Shown piece by piece: positions 1 through 10,636 of a DNA stretch of 15,692 bases (position 1 is the stretch's first letter; the number at the start of each line of letters is the position of its first letter). Origin of the DNA: Bugula neritina (lineage: Eukaryota > Animalia > Bryozoa). The notes under the pieces were generated by a model that ran no database searches, was not told the DNA's origin, and saw only the letters and a list, made by a program, of their open reading frames with translations. The DNA lies in contig CAXIUT010000273.1 of NCBI GenBank assembly GCA_964035545.1, positions 1 to 15,692 of the forward strand, read 5' to 3'. The position numbers and the translations under genes are program-made.

Positions 1-81
1 CCCAACCCCAACCCCAACCCCAACCCCAACCCCAACCCCAACCCCAACCCCAACCCCAACCCCAACCCCAACCCCAACCCC
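1..81. repeat. Left telomere, (CCCCAA)n
   Basis: Perfect C4A2 tandem repeat from base 1 to 81; this is the Tetrahymena-type ciliate telomere repeat. Confidence 0.99.
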
Positions 82-189
82 TACTGATAAACGAGAATCA
101 AATGATCTTACTGATAAACAATAATCAAAAGAATTCAATGATAGGCTTCCTTGATAAATATATTTGATAAGAAATAGTGATAAAACAAA

Positions 190-1628
190 TCAGTTTTATT
201 TACTTTCTGCTGGCTTGACAAATTTACTAGCTCTAAGACCATGAAGACCATTAAGCAAACTATTACCAAACCCACTTATCTTGCTGCTTCCTACTGACCC
301 TACAGTCTAAGTATGTCCTGTAAGTATATTATCTTTCCCTAATTTAAAAGTAACACAACTATCTCTCTGCAACTGCTTCTTCTCCTTCTTACGGATAGTG
401 TTAGAAGTAGTAAGAATTGGAGACTAGCCAACTGATACCTTATCTTTACTTTCCAAATCTTCTTATTCTTCTTACTTTTCACTATCGACTTATTCAGCAG
501 TTTCGTAATCTCCAAAATATGGATGACCTAGAGCTGCCTCTGCTGTAATTCTTTCTTCAGGATTTATTTTGAGCATTTTTTTCAAAAGATCCATAACTAT
601 CTTATCAACTTTTTAATATTCTTGACTTTCAAGTGAAAAGTTACAGCTTCTATTTTAATTAAGAACTTCTTTGTAGTTCTTTGCTTTAAAAACACTTTTT
701 CCAAAAAGAAGAGTATGGAAAATAAGTCCCAAACTAAACATATCACAAATAGGTTGATATTTTACTTTCATGTCTTTGATATTTATTACCTAAGGAGCTA
801 CATAACCAGGAGTTCCACATCTCACAAATAAATACTCATCAGCATTAGAAAACTAAGACAGACCATAATCTGCAATGACACACTCGTATTCTGTTTTATT
901 TCTGAAAAGGATATTCTCAGGTTTGAGATCTCGATGCATGATATTTTTTGAGTGCATTTCTTTTAAACCTTCAAGAAGACTCAGCATCATTGTTTTTATT
1001 TGTTCTGATTTAAATTTTTCTTTTGCCTACATAGATTAATATTTACCACAATTTTCTAATTGAGTTGGCCTCCATCTAGAAGTTAAAAAACAATATATAG
1101 AGAGTTATCTGACTAAAAAACCTAACAGAGTTTCATATTGTGTTTATTGTTAAGATGCCTCATAATATCTATTTCCTTTATTAAACATTCTTTTCCATTT
1201 TCCTCGCTATAAGCTGATTCCTTTGAAAAGGCTTTTACTGCATACTTCTCTTTAGTTTAGAGTTTTTATACCAGAAATACACTTGCAAAGTTTCCTTTTC
1301 CGATCTTCTTTATTGGTCTGAACTGTTCATGAAAGCCAAGTTGGTTGAGATGATTCTTCAAAACATTTCGAATCTACTTGAAATCTTACTTGATCAAGAT
1401 GAATGGATATTATTTGTCTTGATGATAAAATGTAAGTTTATCAGGATAGGCACTAAAGCGTAGGTCAAAGTGAAAAGGTATTGATATTTGTTTAAATTGG
1501 ATGACTTTGTCATAGATGCAAGCTTAGAAGGGTTCTTAGTTTTATTATAGTTTTAACATAGTTTTGAGTTGAAGAGTACCAGTTGGTTATTTCCAAGTAT
1601 CTAGCATTATACTTTCTTCTTTTTACAT
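190..1628 (-). CDS. Ser/Thr protein kinase (CAMK-like), ~472 aa, one 20-nt intron (1027-1046)
   Basis: With TAR=Glu: ATG at 1628, IGKGNFASV, YAVKAF, KEIDIMR, VFELLDGGQL, HRDLKPEN, IADYGLS, CGTPGYVAPEVIN, CDMFSLG, ERITAEAALGHPYF, TGA at 190-192. Removing the intron joins two frames without a gap. Confidence 0.96.
1027..1046 (-). other. 20-nt spliceosomal intron (gtaaatattaatctatgtag)
   Basis: GT-AG ends; removal restores the kinase frame between GGQLNEKIV and AKEKFKSEQIK. Confidence 0.9.
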
Positions 1629-1821
1629 TTCTTCTATTCTATAATTATCAATAGCAATAAAAAAAAACCTTAATAAGAATAAATATAATCTATTTCAATC
1701 AGAAACTTGTTATTTAGTTATTTGAGAGATAAATGAGATAAAAATTTGAGTCTTATTGATTTTTTAATTTATATCTTTAGGTATAGATATTTTTAACTAT
1801 AATTAATCCACATAATTACAA

Positions 1822-2450
1822 ATGAAATATGGAATGCTGCTCTTATTAACATTTCTACCCTTAGTTATCTCAATAAAAATGACTCTTTATTTAAGTATGG
1901 AATAAGGACATCAATGTTTTTACTAGTACTTGCGTACCTATTGCTTTACAAAGAAAAGGGATAAAAATATTCATTAAAGGCCAAATCTTATACCCATCAA
2001 AAACATAAAATATAAATCTTTAGACAAGATGATAACGAATGGAAATAAATCTACAACAAAAAATCACCTACAACCATGGAAAATATCAATAAAATAGCTT
2101 AAGAACATGCAACACATATGTTTTGTATCTCCAATACTGAAGAAGGAGTCTTAAAAGTTTCAATCTAAATACTCAATGGATTATCTCTTGGAGGCTTCGA
2201 AGAACTACCTTCAAAAGATGATAGTCTTAACATAGATCAACAAGTTGGTTGGCTTGATAGTCAAAAACAAAAACTAGTCACAGTGATGAATAGAATGGAA
2301 GGAAACAATTCATAAAGATAAAATTTAAAATCTTCTTCAAGCAAAACAATGCTATTTTTAGGTCTGCTAGGATTGACAGCTATTTTGTTGATTAATTGGT
2401 TGTTTTTTAATCGAGCAAAAAAAACTTTAAAAGACAGAAAACTCATTTGA
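1822..2450 (+). CDS. p24/emp24/gp25L (TMED, GOLD-domain) family cargo receptor, ~202 aa, one 20-nt intron (1934-1953)
   Basis: Signal peptide MKYGMLLLLTFLPLVIS, GOLD cysteines QCFYEYL and HMFCISN, a helical linker, TM segment MLFLGLLGLTAILLINWLFF and a basic tail KKTLKDRKLI-TGA typical of p24 proteins. Confidence 0.85.
1934..1953 (+). other. 20-nt intron (gtacctattgctttacaaag)
   Basis: GT-AG ends; needed to join the signal peptide/CFYEYL exon to the downstream p24 frame. Confidence 0.88.
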
Positions 2451-2558
2451 CTGATTGTTAGTATTAAATATCAATTTAAAAATTATAGTTATTTTATATC
2501 TTTGAGTCAGTATTTGATAAAGTTAATTCGAATTTCAAGTTATAATGATCTTCTATTT

Positions 2559-3563
2559 ATGAAAAAAAAAATCAAATCAACTAAATTTTTAAATCCTCTC
2601 CTCTCAAATAAACTCCAGCACAAATAAAGCAATCAGCAATCATTAATAAACACTAATCTTTAAAATAAATCATCTTCTATTGCTTTCAGCATCTTGGAAG
2701 AAATCTTGGATCAAACTTGTATTGAGATTTTTTAACACTAGGAATCCTATTAATCAGTTTTAGACATTAATTCAACTATGAATTCTATTTAGCGTTATTT
2801 TAATCAAATAAATGATATGAACTGTGAAGAAGATGGAGAATATTAGTGTGAACTATAGCCTGAAACAGTAACTAATATCTACAATATTTCTTCAGTTGAT
2901 AAAAAATCTAATATATTTATCACAAAACTCTTTCAAAATTCATAATCAAAGTCAAAGAAGTAAATAAAATAAAAGTCTCATAGCTATCAATAAAAAGAAA
3001 TATATATTCAAAGACATAGAATAAAAAGAGAGAATATTAGATATACATACAGAAATTAACTAGTTCCTCTTTAAATAAAAGAAAGAAAAAGTTAAGATTA
3101 TAGTTAAAGTATTGTAGAACTTATTAAAAGAAAAAAATAACTTAGAAATTTCAGTAATAAAGAATAAAAAATTGATACTTATTAACCTAAAATAAATAAA
3201 ATAAACAAAAAATAACAAAAATACTTCTATCAAAATGATTAAGGTAAAGCCACTTAACTTTCAATTCGAAAAAACAGTGATAAAATAAATGGAAGTTGGA
3301 TAGATATCAAATAAATAGGAGAACCTCTTCTTGAAGGTCTAAAAAAGAAACCTATTATTTAATATGCTTCTCTAAAAAGTAGGAAGAAAAAGAGAAGAAA
3401 TATTGAAGCGGGATAAACTTGTATTTTGATAGAAAAGATAAAATAAATCTAATAAAAATAGAATAATCTATTAATGAGTACATTAGTAAAAAATGGAATA
3501 ACTCTGAACCTAAAACAATAATTTTCATAGAACAAAAATTTTAAACTACCAACTGTCAGATGA
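2559..3563 (+). CDS. Hypothetical K/E/N-rich protein, ~334 aa, intronless
   Basis: ATG at 2559 followed by 334 codons with no in-frame TGA until 3561-3563. Contains a basic cluster KSRKKKRR (possible NLS). No domain recognised. Confidence 0.7.
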
Positions 3564-4107
3564 TTATGAACAAACTCTAAATGATTTCAAATTTATTATC
3601 TTTTATTCAGTATTTTAGCCCTATTTTCATCTTGAAAATTAATTTGATTGTCAAAACAATATATTTTTGTGATCTATGGTAAAATTTTATAATTTTCAAA
3701 CACTACTAAATCTTAAAAACTATGTTAAAATTGATAATTAGCTCATTTTTAGCACAAATTCATTGATAATATAATCAATATTTTTTTACCATCATGCATA
3801 AACATCTTCATTAATGCAAAACTATATTTTTAGACTTAAAACACTAAATAATTCTACTATTATATTTTTAAAAAACTATTTACCTGAAAAGCTTTGAGAT
3901 TTAAGGTAGAATTAATATATCTTATGATAGTTTCAGAAATATATGATAATAAAAATAGCTTAGACTATTATAAAAAGAGAACTTCATCTCACAATATCAA
4001 CTTCTAACAGAAGAGGACTCTAGATAAGTTGAATTATATATGCGACAAGTATAGAAATTCAAATTTAAGAATATTGATTATATTCTTTATCGTAATATTT
4101 TAAGAGC

Positions 4108-4788
4108 ATGAACATAGAGTCCACAACTTAAAACACCCGCACCTTCTATCTCCAAAGAATCACCCAATAAGATAAAGCACCTTTCATAACAGTCGACTTC
4201 TCCTCACCACCCCTAAACTCCAACCATAACTCATCATCCGCTGATCAATCTCTCCTCAAGTCTAATCTTCCCATCTTTAATGGAGATCTCAACCACTATA
4301 CTCCTGCCTTTGTTCTGGGAATAGATCAAGTAAACCATTTATAATTTAGGAGAAATGCAAAGCCAATACGAACGGCTATTTGAAAGCCCATTAAATGAAG
4401 CATGAATAGCTTTCAATAGAAAAATAATAATTGGTAAGTATGAGATAATATAGTTAGTGCCTCGACCGTCTAAAAGTGGTAGTTATTGCTGCATCTGCCG
4501 GACTAGCTATGATGACTATTTAACAGTAAAATATTCTTAATAAAGCATTTAAATGTACCAACTCATCAACTTCAACTCAAATCATCTCCCTTTGCTCAAG
4601 ATATTGCCAACTTCTGTCGAATTTTCAATCAAGAGGAATTGACTTCGAGTGGAGAAAAATATAAAAAACATGGAAAAAAAATCCAAAAGGAAAAAATCAG
4701 AAGAAAAAGAGGAAAAGTCGACTCTCAACTAAATTCTAGCTCAACCAAACTCTAGTCTTTAAATGGAACAAAATAAACTCTTATTTGA
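4108..4788 (+). CDS. Dbf4-type (zf-DBF) zinc-finger protein, ~206 aa, three 20-nt introns; 5' end may extend upstream
   Basis: After removing 4330-4349, 4434-4453 and 4526-4545 it reads KSGSYCCICRTSYDDYLTHLNVPTHQL (C-x2-C-x9-H-x5-H), resembling Dbf4 motif C. TGA at 4786-4788. Confidence 0.78.
4330..4349 (+). other. 20-nt intron (gtaaaccatttataatttag)
   Basis: GT-AG ends; restores the frame in the zf-DBF gene. Confidence 0.82.
4434..4453 (+). other. 20-nt intron (gtaagtatgagataatatag)
   Basis: Canonical GTAAGT donor and TAG acceptor; restores the frame. Confidence 0.87.
4526..4545 (+). other. 20-nt intron (gtaaaatattcttaataaag)
   Basis: Removal joins the Cys half and His half of the zinc finger (YDDYLT|HLNVPTH). 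Confidence 0.9.
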
Positions 4789-4921
4789 TATGTATATACA
4801 TCTTAAATAAATAAAACTTAGAAGAAAAGAATAAAAACTGCTAGTTAATCCGAAATTATCATATTAAAAATATCTTTTTTAGATAATATCTGTTATTTTT
4901 AAATCAGAGAAAAGGAAATAA

Positions 4922-5550
4922 TCATTTTTGCACATATTCTACAACAATATGTCCAATTACTTGTCCTTTTCGAACAACATCCATTAAATTGCTATTATTA
5001 ATAAAAACAACTCCTTCTTAATGTTGTCCCTTGATCTTAATCTTCATATTTCTAGGCACTACTATTTCCATCTTCCGTAGCTGATGTAGTGAATTCTCAA
5101 CGATCAGTCGCTTCTTTCGATGTTCCAAAGCATAAATACTAAAACAGTCATCAGGATTAGACTAGCTAGATTGAGTCAAATTGATATCAAAGAGTTTAAG
5201 AACTATTCTTTGCTTTTGTTTATGATAATGTTAATGTTGATATTGTTTTGATGATTCATACTAACTCTAGTATTGTTTAAGAGGAATGCTGCTGTTCATG
5301 TGGACTAGTTTTGATAGAAGTCGGCAGTTTTACTTTTAGATTGTGAATTTACGAAGGATTCTTTGGGAAGAAGTATGTCCTCTGGGTGAGGTATTAATGG
5401 ACTTTTATTTAGATTCTAGATAAAAAAAGGAGTACTCCGGTTGGACTGGAAGATGGTTGTAACTTAGTTATTTTTTCTATGACCCTGACGAATATTTCCT
5501 ATCTTTTTAAGATGTCTAAGGTAGTTTATTTTCGACTAATATTCTTCCAT
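4922..5550 (-). CDS. Hypothetical protein, ~202 aa, one 20-nt intron (5333-5352)
   Basis: ATG at 5550 (MEEYESKINYLRHLKKI...). The unspliced frame hits TGA shortly after 5333; splicing opens it to TGA at 4922-4924. ENCRLLSKLVHM...KQYESEY is weakly reminiscent of CFAP97/KIAA1430-type repeats (unverified). Confidence 0.75.
5333..5352 (-). other. 20-nt intron (gtaaattcacaatctaaaag)
   Basis: GT-AG ends; restores the frame. It is the only one of the eight without A at position 15. Confidence 0.75.
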
Positions 5551-5781
5551 CAAAGGAACTTAACCTTTATATATATTTAATTTTAAATTTTACCATTCAA
5601 TACCGACTATCATAAAATAACTGATTAAAACCTAATATGAATTCTACTTCTTTCTATCTATTCGATTAATCGCTAAATAATATTTTACCTCCCAATTTTA
5701 TAATTATCATTATTTGACCTTAAAAATATACTTAACAAAGATAATATAATGATAAATATTGATAATGATATGGATGATGAA

Positions 5782-8700
5782 TCATGCTGAACAAATTCCT
5801 TCCTTATTGCTCGTTCCAGGAGGACAAGTATTCACACAAGCCTCATTTGTTCTTGGACCAGGGCAACTCATATAGCAGAATCTGTTTCGATAATAGTTGT
5901 TCTCAGGACATGATCTGAAACATTGAGAACCAGCTGAGAATGTACCAATAGGACAACTACTTACACAACTTCTATTGTACTGGAATTGATTAGAAGAACA
6001 ACTAGTAGAAGGAATACATACTCCATTATTTGCCTCAAATCCTGTGTTACAAACAATACAGAAAGATGCACTGAAACAACTGATACAATTAGCTGAACAA
6101 TCCTTGCAATGTCTGCTCAAGACATCAGGATAAGTAGTACTAGGGCAAGCTCCAACACAATTGTTGTTTGAGATAAATTGATTCGAGTTACAAACAAGAC
6201 CTGTAGGTCTTTCTGATTGAGATTGTCTGATACATCCTCCAAAAGGACTAGGAGTATAACCATTGAAGCATCCTCCATAGATGCAAATTCCTTCATAGAA
6301 GAAGAATCCTGGGTCACAGATGTTGACACAAACTCCATTACTAAAATCTTGACCATAGGGACAGTTTTATCTAATTAACACATCTTTTATTATTCACGTC
6401 AATAGAATATCCAGAAATACATTTTGTGCAGCTATTCACATTTCCTGAACATTCAGCACAATTTGAGTTACAAGGTTGACAACTGCCATCAACTGTAGTA
6501 AATCCAGAACCGCAAGTTGTCACACATTGACCTGCTGAAACTATTCCAGAAGAACATTGACAAACTCCATTGACTGGTCTTGCTCCTACTGGGCATGAGT
6601 GTTGGCATTTTCCTTGGAAATAGTAAAATCCACTTAAACAAGAAGTACAGGCTCCTGAACCGTCACAAGTTGAACATGGATAGGGACAATCAGCACAGAC
6701 TCCTCCTCTTGGAGTGATATTGGTATTTTTACATGAGGTGCAGAAACTGAAAGAAGAGCAAGTTTTGCAACTAGAACTGCATGTTACACATCTCTTTTGA
6801 CCAGCATCAAAGAATTGATGAGTAAGACATCCTTTCTGACAAATAGAGCCAGTTCTCACATATCCTTAGGCACATTCAATACAGCTTTGAGGGTTGAATT
6901 TACATCCATAACAACTACTTGAACAAGCAACACAAAAACCTTGGAATGAAAAAGAATTTTCTTCACAAGCAGGAGTACAGGTACCGTCAACACCAACTGA
7001 TCCATGAAGGCAAGAGGTACAATTGTTAGGTCCTCCTTCACAAGTAGTACATTGAATGGAACAAGGAGCACATTCAGTGACTGAAACTTTGTAGAAAGCA
7101 TCAGGGCAGGTATCTACACATGAAGCGTTTCTTCCAACAAGTTGAAGAGAAATAGCAGGGCATTGGGCCCAACATCCTCCTTAGTAGAGAACTTGACCAG
7201 CTGGGCATGAGATACAGTTAGTAGCTGATCCAATACAAGTAGCACATCTAAAATCACAAACTTGGCATGCTCCTTTTTAGGCATAAGTTCCATCAACACA
7301 TTTTAAGACACAACTTTGACGATCAAAGGAAGTTTGAAGATATCCGAATCCATTAAGACAACTGGTACAGTATGAAGGATGATTGATACAAGTTTTGCAT
7401 GGTTAATTACAAGAAGAGCAGACCCAATTTCCAGTTGATCGATCACCGATAGTTCCAGCTGGGCACACACTGTAGCAATTTCCTTTATAACTGAAGAAAC
7501 CATCTTTACAATAGTAGCAAATTCTATTTTGAGTACATCTGAGACAACCTTCAGAGCATCCCACACAAACAGATCCTACGGGAGTAAATCCATCATTGCA
7601 AGATGTTTGACAAACTGTTCCCTGAAGAAGGAGTGGGTTCAAACAACTAGTACAGTTAGTTGCTGAAGTACATTTTTGACATCCATTAGGACAAGGAAGA
7701 CAATCTCCATTAGAACTGACAAAGTTTCTAGTTGAACAAATACATTTATTATCAGCTGTTTTAGTGTAGGATGTCTTGCAAGTAGTACAAGTATTTGCAT
7801 CAATACAAGCATCACAGTTAATTCCACAAGCAGCGCAATATCTAACATCATTGGGTGATACTGTGAAGTATGTTTGACTAGGACAGGTGCATGATCCATT
7901 GGTGTTAGGAGTAGCAAAAGCAACACATGATGAACAGGCAGTTGCAGATGTGCAAATACCACAACCCAAAGAACAAGCTACACAGGTGTTGTTTGCATCA
8001 GCATAGTATCCTGGTTTGCAGACGCAAATGCTTTCTGGAAGTTTGATGACTCTGTTTTTGGAGGCAAGGCATTTCACACAGAGTTTTAATCCTTGTTAAC
8101 ATTCAGAGCAGAAAGGATCAGCGTTACAGTTAGATTGAACGCATGAGCCATCAGCTGTTGAGTAGTATCCTGGTTGACATTTACAAGTTTGTTGTCCATT
8201 TTGATCAACTCCAGCAATTCTATTTTTGGTAATATCACATGAAGTACAAAGAGCTGGGGAAGTGGCGCAAGTCTTGCATTCTGGGTTACATTTTTAACAT
8301 GTTCTGGTTAGGTTGGTGTGATAAAGCTAATAATATCCATCCATACAAGTACAAATTGTTCCATTCAACATTCTGTTAAGAGTAGAATTGCAACTAGTAC
8401 AGGCTGAAGCATTAGTGCAAGTTAAACATGTTTGAGAACAAGTTGAACAGTTGACAGCTCCAGTATCAAAGTATCCAGTGATACAATCACAATTTTGACT
8501 AAGATCTCTTCGAAGAGGATCGACACAAGCTGTGCAAGTTGCTGCTGGTGAGCTACAATTTTGACATTGAGTGGGACATTGTTGACAAGTGGTACCATTG
8601 ATAAAGTAACCATTGCCACAAGTGCATGTCAAACTAACATTATCATGATTAGCTCCAGTCATACAAGTGGTACATTTAGCTGGGTCGCTTGGCTCACAAA

Positions 8701-10636
8701 TAGAACAGTAAAGAGCACTACAAGGGAAGCATTGGAATGTTTTGCCAGTATCAAGATAAAATCCACTGATACAAGTACAACTACCATTGTTAGCATTGTA
8801 TGCGAGACCAGCTTTAGTGTCACAGACAACGCATTTAGGAGGATTAATTGATACATCGAGACCAGTACCAGTAGGACAAGTAGTAGGACAACATCCAGTT
8901 GTTGGATCATATGCTGCAGCGTATTGGTATAAACGAAGGAAAGTCCAGAAGCTTTGGTCTACAGCTGTTGATCTAACGTATGAGATAGTAATGACAGCAA
9001 CTGCAGTGGTAGATCCAGCATTGATTCCTTTGAAAATATCAGTTACTGAAGTTCCACCTGCAGCAGTAGGAGTATAATTAATTTAATAAAGAACGAAGCC
9101 ATCAACTTCAAGTTTGATTTTATATTATGTATTGGCTACCATTGTTCCGGTTCCTCCTCCAATAGCTCCTATATTATCAAGGTATCCAAAATGGAACTTG
9201 AGAGGAGCTCCAGCAGTTAATCCAACGAATGGTATTTAAACTTTGAAGAGGATAGTATCATTATTTCCATTATTAGCACCAAAATACATGAAGTTGAAGG
9301 TATTTGATATTCCAGGAATAGTGATTGGAGCTGAGCTATCTTCAAGGATATATTGTTGATCTGATTTAGTAGGCACAGTGAAATAATCTTTTTTTCCAAC
9401 TTGAGTCATTTCAGTTTAAAAGCCAGATGGAGTTCTACATAAATGATCAATATTCACTGTAAAGATATCAGCTACAAAGAAGACATCAGTTGGGTTGCTG
9501 TTAGGAGTTGTAACTGTGAATTGATTGATGCTATCAAGAGTAGCGTTGATAGAAATAGTAGAGCATGTGGTATTAGAGTTTTGTGGAAGTTGAAATCTAG
9601 TTATTCCATAGATAGCGTATCTGGTGTCAGGAAGGACATAGTGTAGTTGATTGAAGTCAGAAGCAACAGTTCCTCTATTAATGGGAATTCCTTCATTGAA
9701 TTTAGTTACAGAAGTGTAGACATAGCTAGAAGAATAAAGCAAAAGTGAGCCTGCAGGATATGTACCGGCTGTAATTAAGTTAGAATCCATTCTTGAAATT
9801 ACAAATGCAACTTTTATATACTCAATAGCAGTATTAGGATTATAGATAGATACCTGAGGTCCTGAAGGTGTAGCTGCAGTGGTCACAGGAACAGCCTTTT
9901 CATCTGTTGCTGGAACTGGAGGCAAATTAGGTAAAACTCCAGCAGATAAATACTCTGCAGTAGTTTTGGCTGTATTCCATCTAAAACCCATTATATATGC
10001 GTGAATTATATTTTAACCACTTCCACCATTCGTTGTATTTGTAGCTGCAGCACCAGAATCTGGACAATTTGCATTGAATGCATAGTTAGGATCAGAATAA
10101 ATTAAGCAATTACTAGCAGGTGGAGCAGTTTGATAGGCTGCTCCAACAGAGTCAATAGCTGCTAATCCAGCAGCAGGATTGTTTACTTCAGCTACTGTAG
10201 CCCATATATCAGAATAAGTTCCACTAAGAAATCTTGATACAACAATGTAGGTAAAGGTCACTTTAGTCCATTGAGTGATAGAACCATCAGAAGGGTTTCT
10301 GAAGTTGACAACGATTCTCATTCTTGTGTTTTGATTTTCAAAGGCAACCTTATCAATGATCAATGTATAGAAACTATTCGTGCATCCAGTTTAAAATCCA
10401 CTTAAAGCAAATCCATAACCGAGGACATCCACTGTATCAAAAGCATTAATAGTCAGGTCCTGATAGAAATCTTTATTTGCTCCATTGTTGTATGTATCCA
10501 AGGGGTTTAGATGGATTACCCCTGTGCCCAATTTATTGATCAGAGATGAACTTTGACAAGTTGGGTCGAGAGAGACTTGGCCTAGAACTGTAAGGAATAG
10601 AGCCAGGCAGACAAGAAGTACTTTACTTGACATCAT
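5782..10636 (-). CDS. Large secreted cysteine-rich protein (furin-like / growth-factor-receptor CxxC repeats), ~1617 aa, with a +1 frame discontinuity at ~6365-6368
   Basis: Signal peptide MMSSKVLLVCLALFLTVLG, then a ~580-aa Cys-poor beta-rich region, then ~1030 aa of CxxC repeats. ORF-track pieces 10391-10705, 10013-10363, 9416-9991, 8327-8662, 7403-8077 and 6371-6859 share one frame and are separated only by TAA/TAG. The last ~195 codons are in the +1 frame and end in TGA at 5782-5784. No TM or GPI signal. Confidence 0.9.

Noticed and set aside
2261-2446. ORF-track minus-strand 61-aa ORF
   Set aside because: It is the antisense shadow of the p24 gene.
4049-4069. Possible frame-neutral introns: 21-nt at 4049-4069 and 18-nt at 11703-11720 (minus)
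   Set aside because: Neither is required to maintain any frame, so they cannot be supported without RNA data.
3794-4244. Separate gene from ATG 3794 using a 25-nt intron (3906-3930)
   Set aside because: The intron length is atypical here, the product is unrecognisable, and it would overlap the zf-DBF gene out of frame. The region is left unresolved.
6117-9646. Numerous overlapping V/L-rich ORFs (alternative minus frames and plus strand) in the ORF track
   Set aside because: These are off-frame or antisense shadows of the Cys-repeat gene; biased codon usage produces the VL-rich pseudo-proteins.
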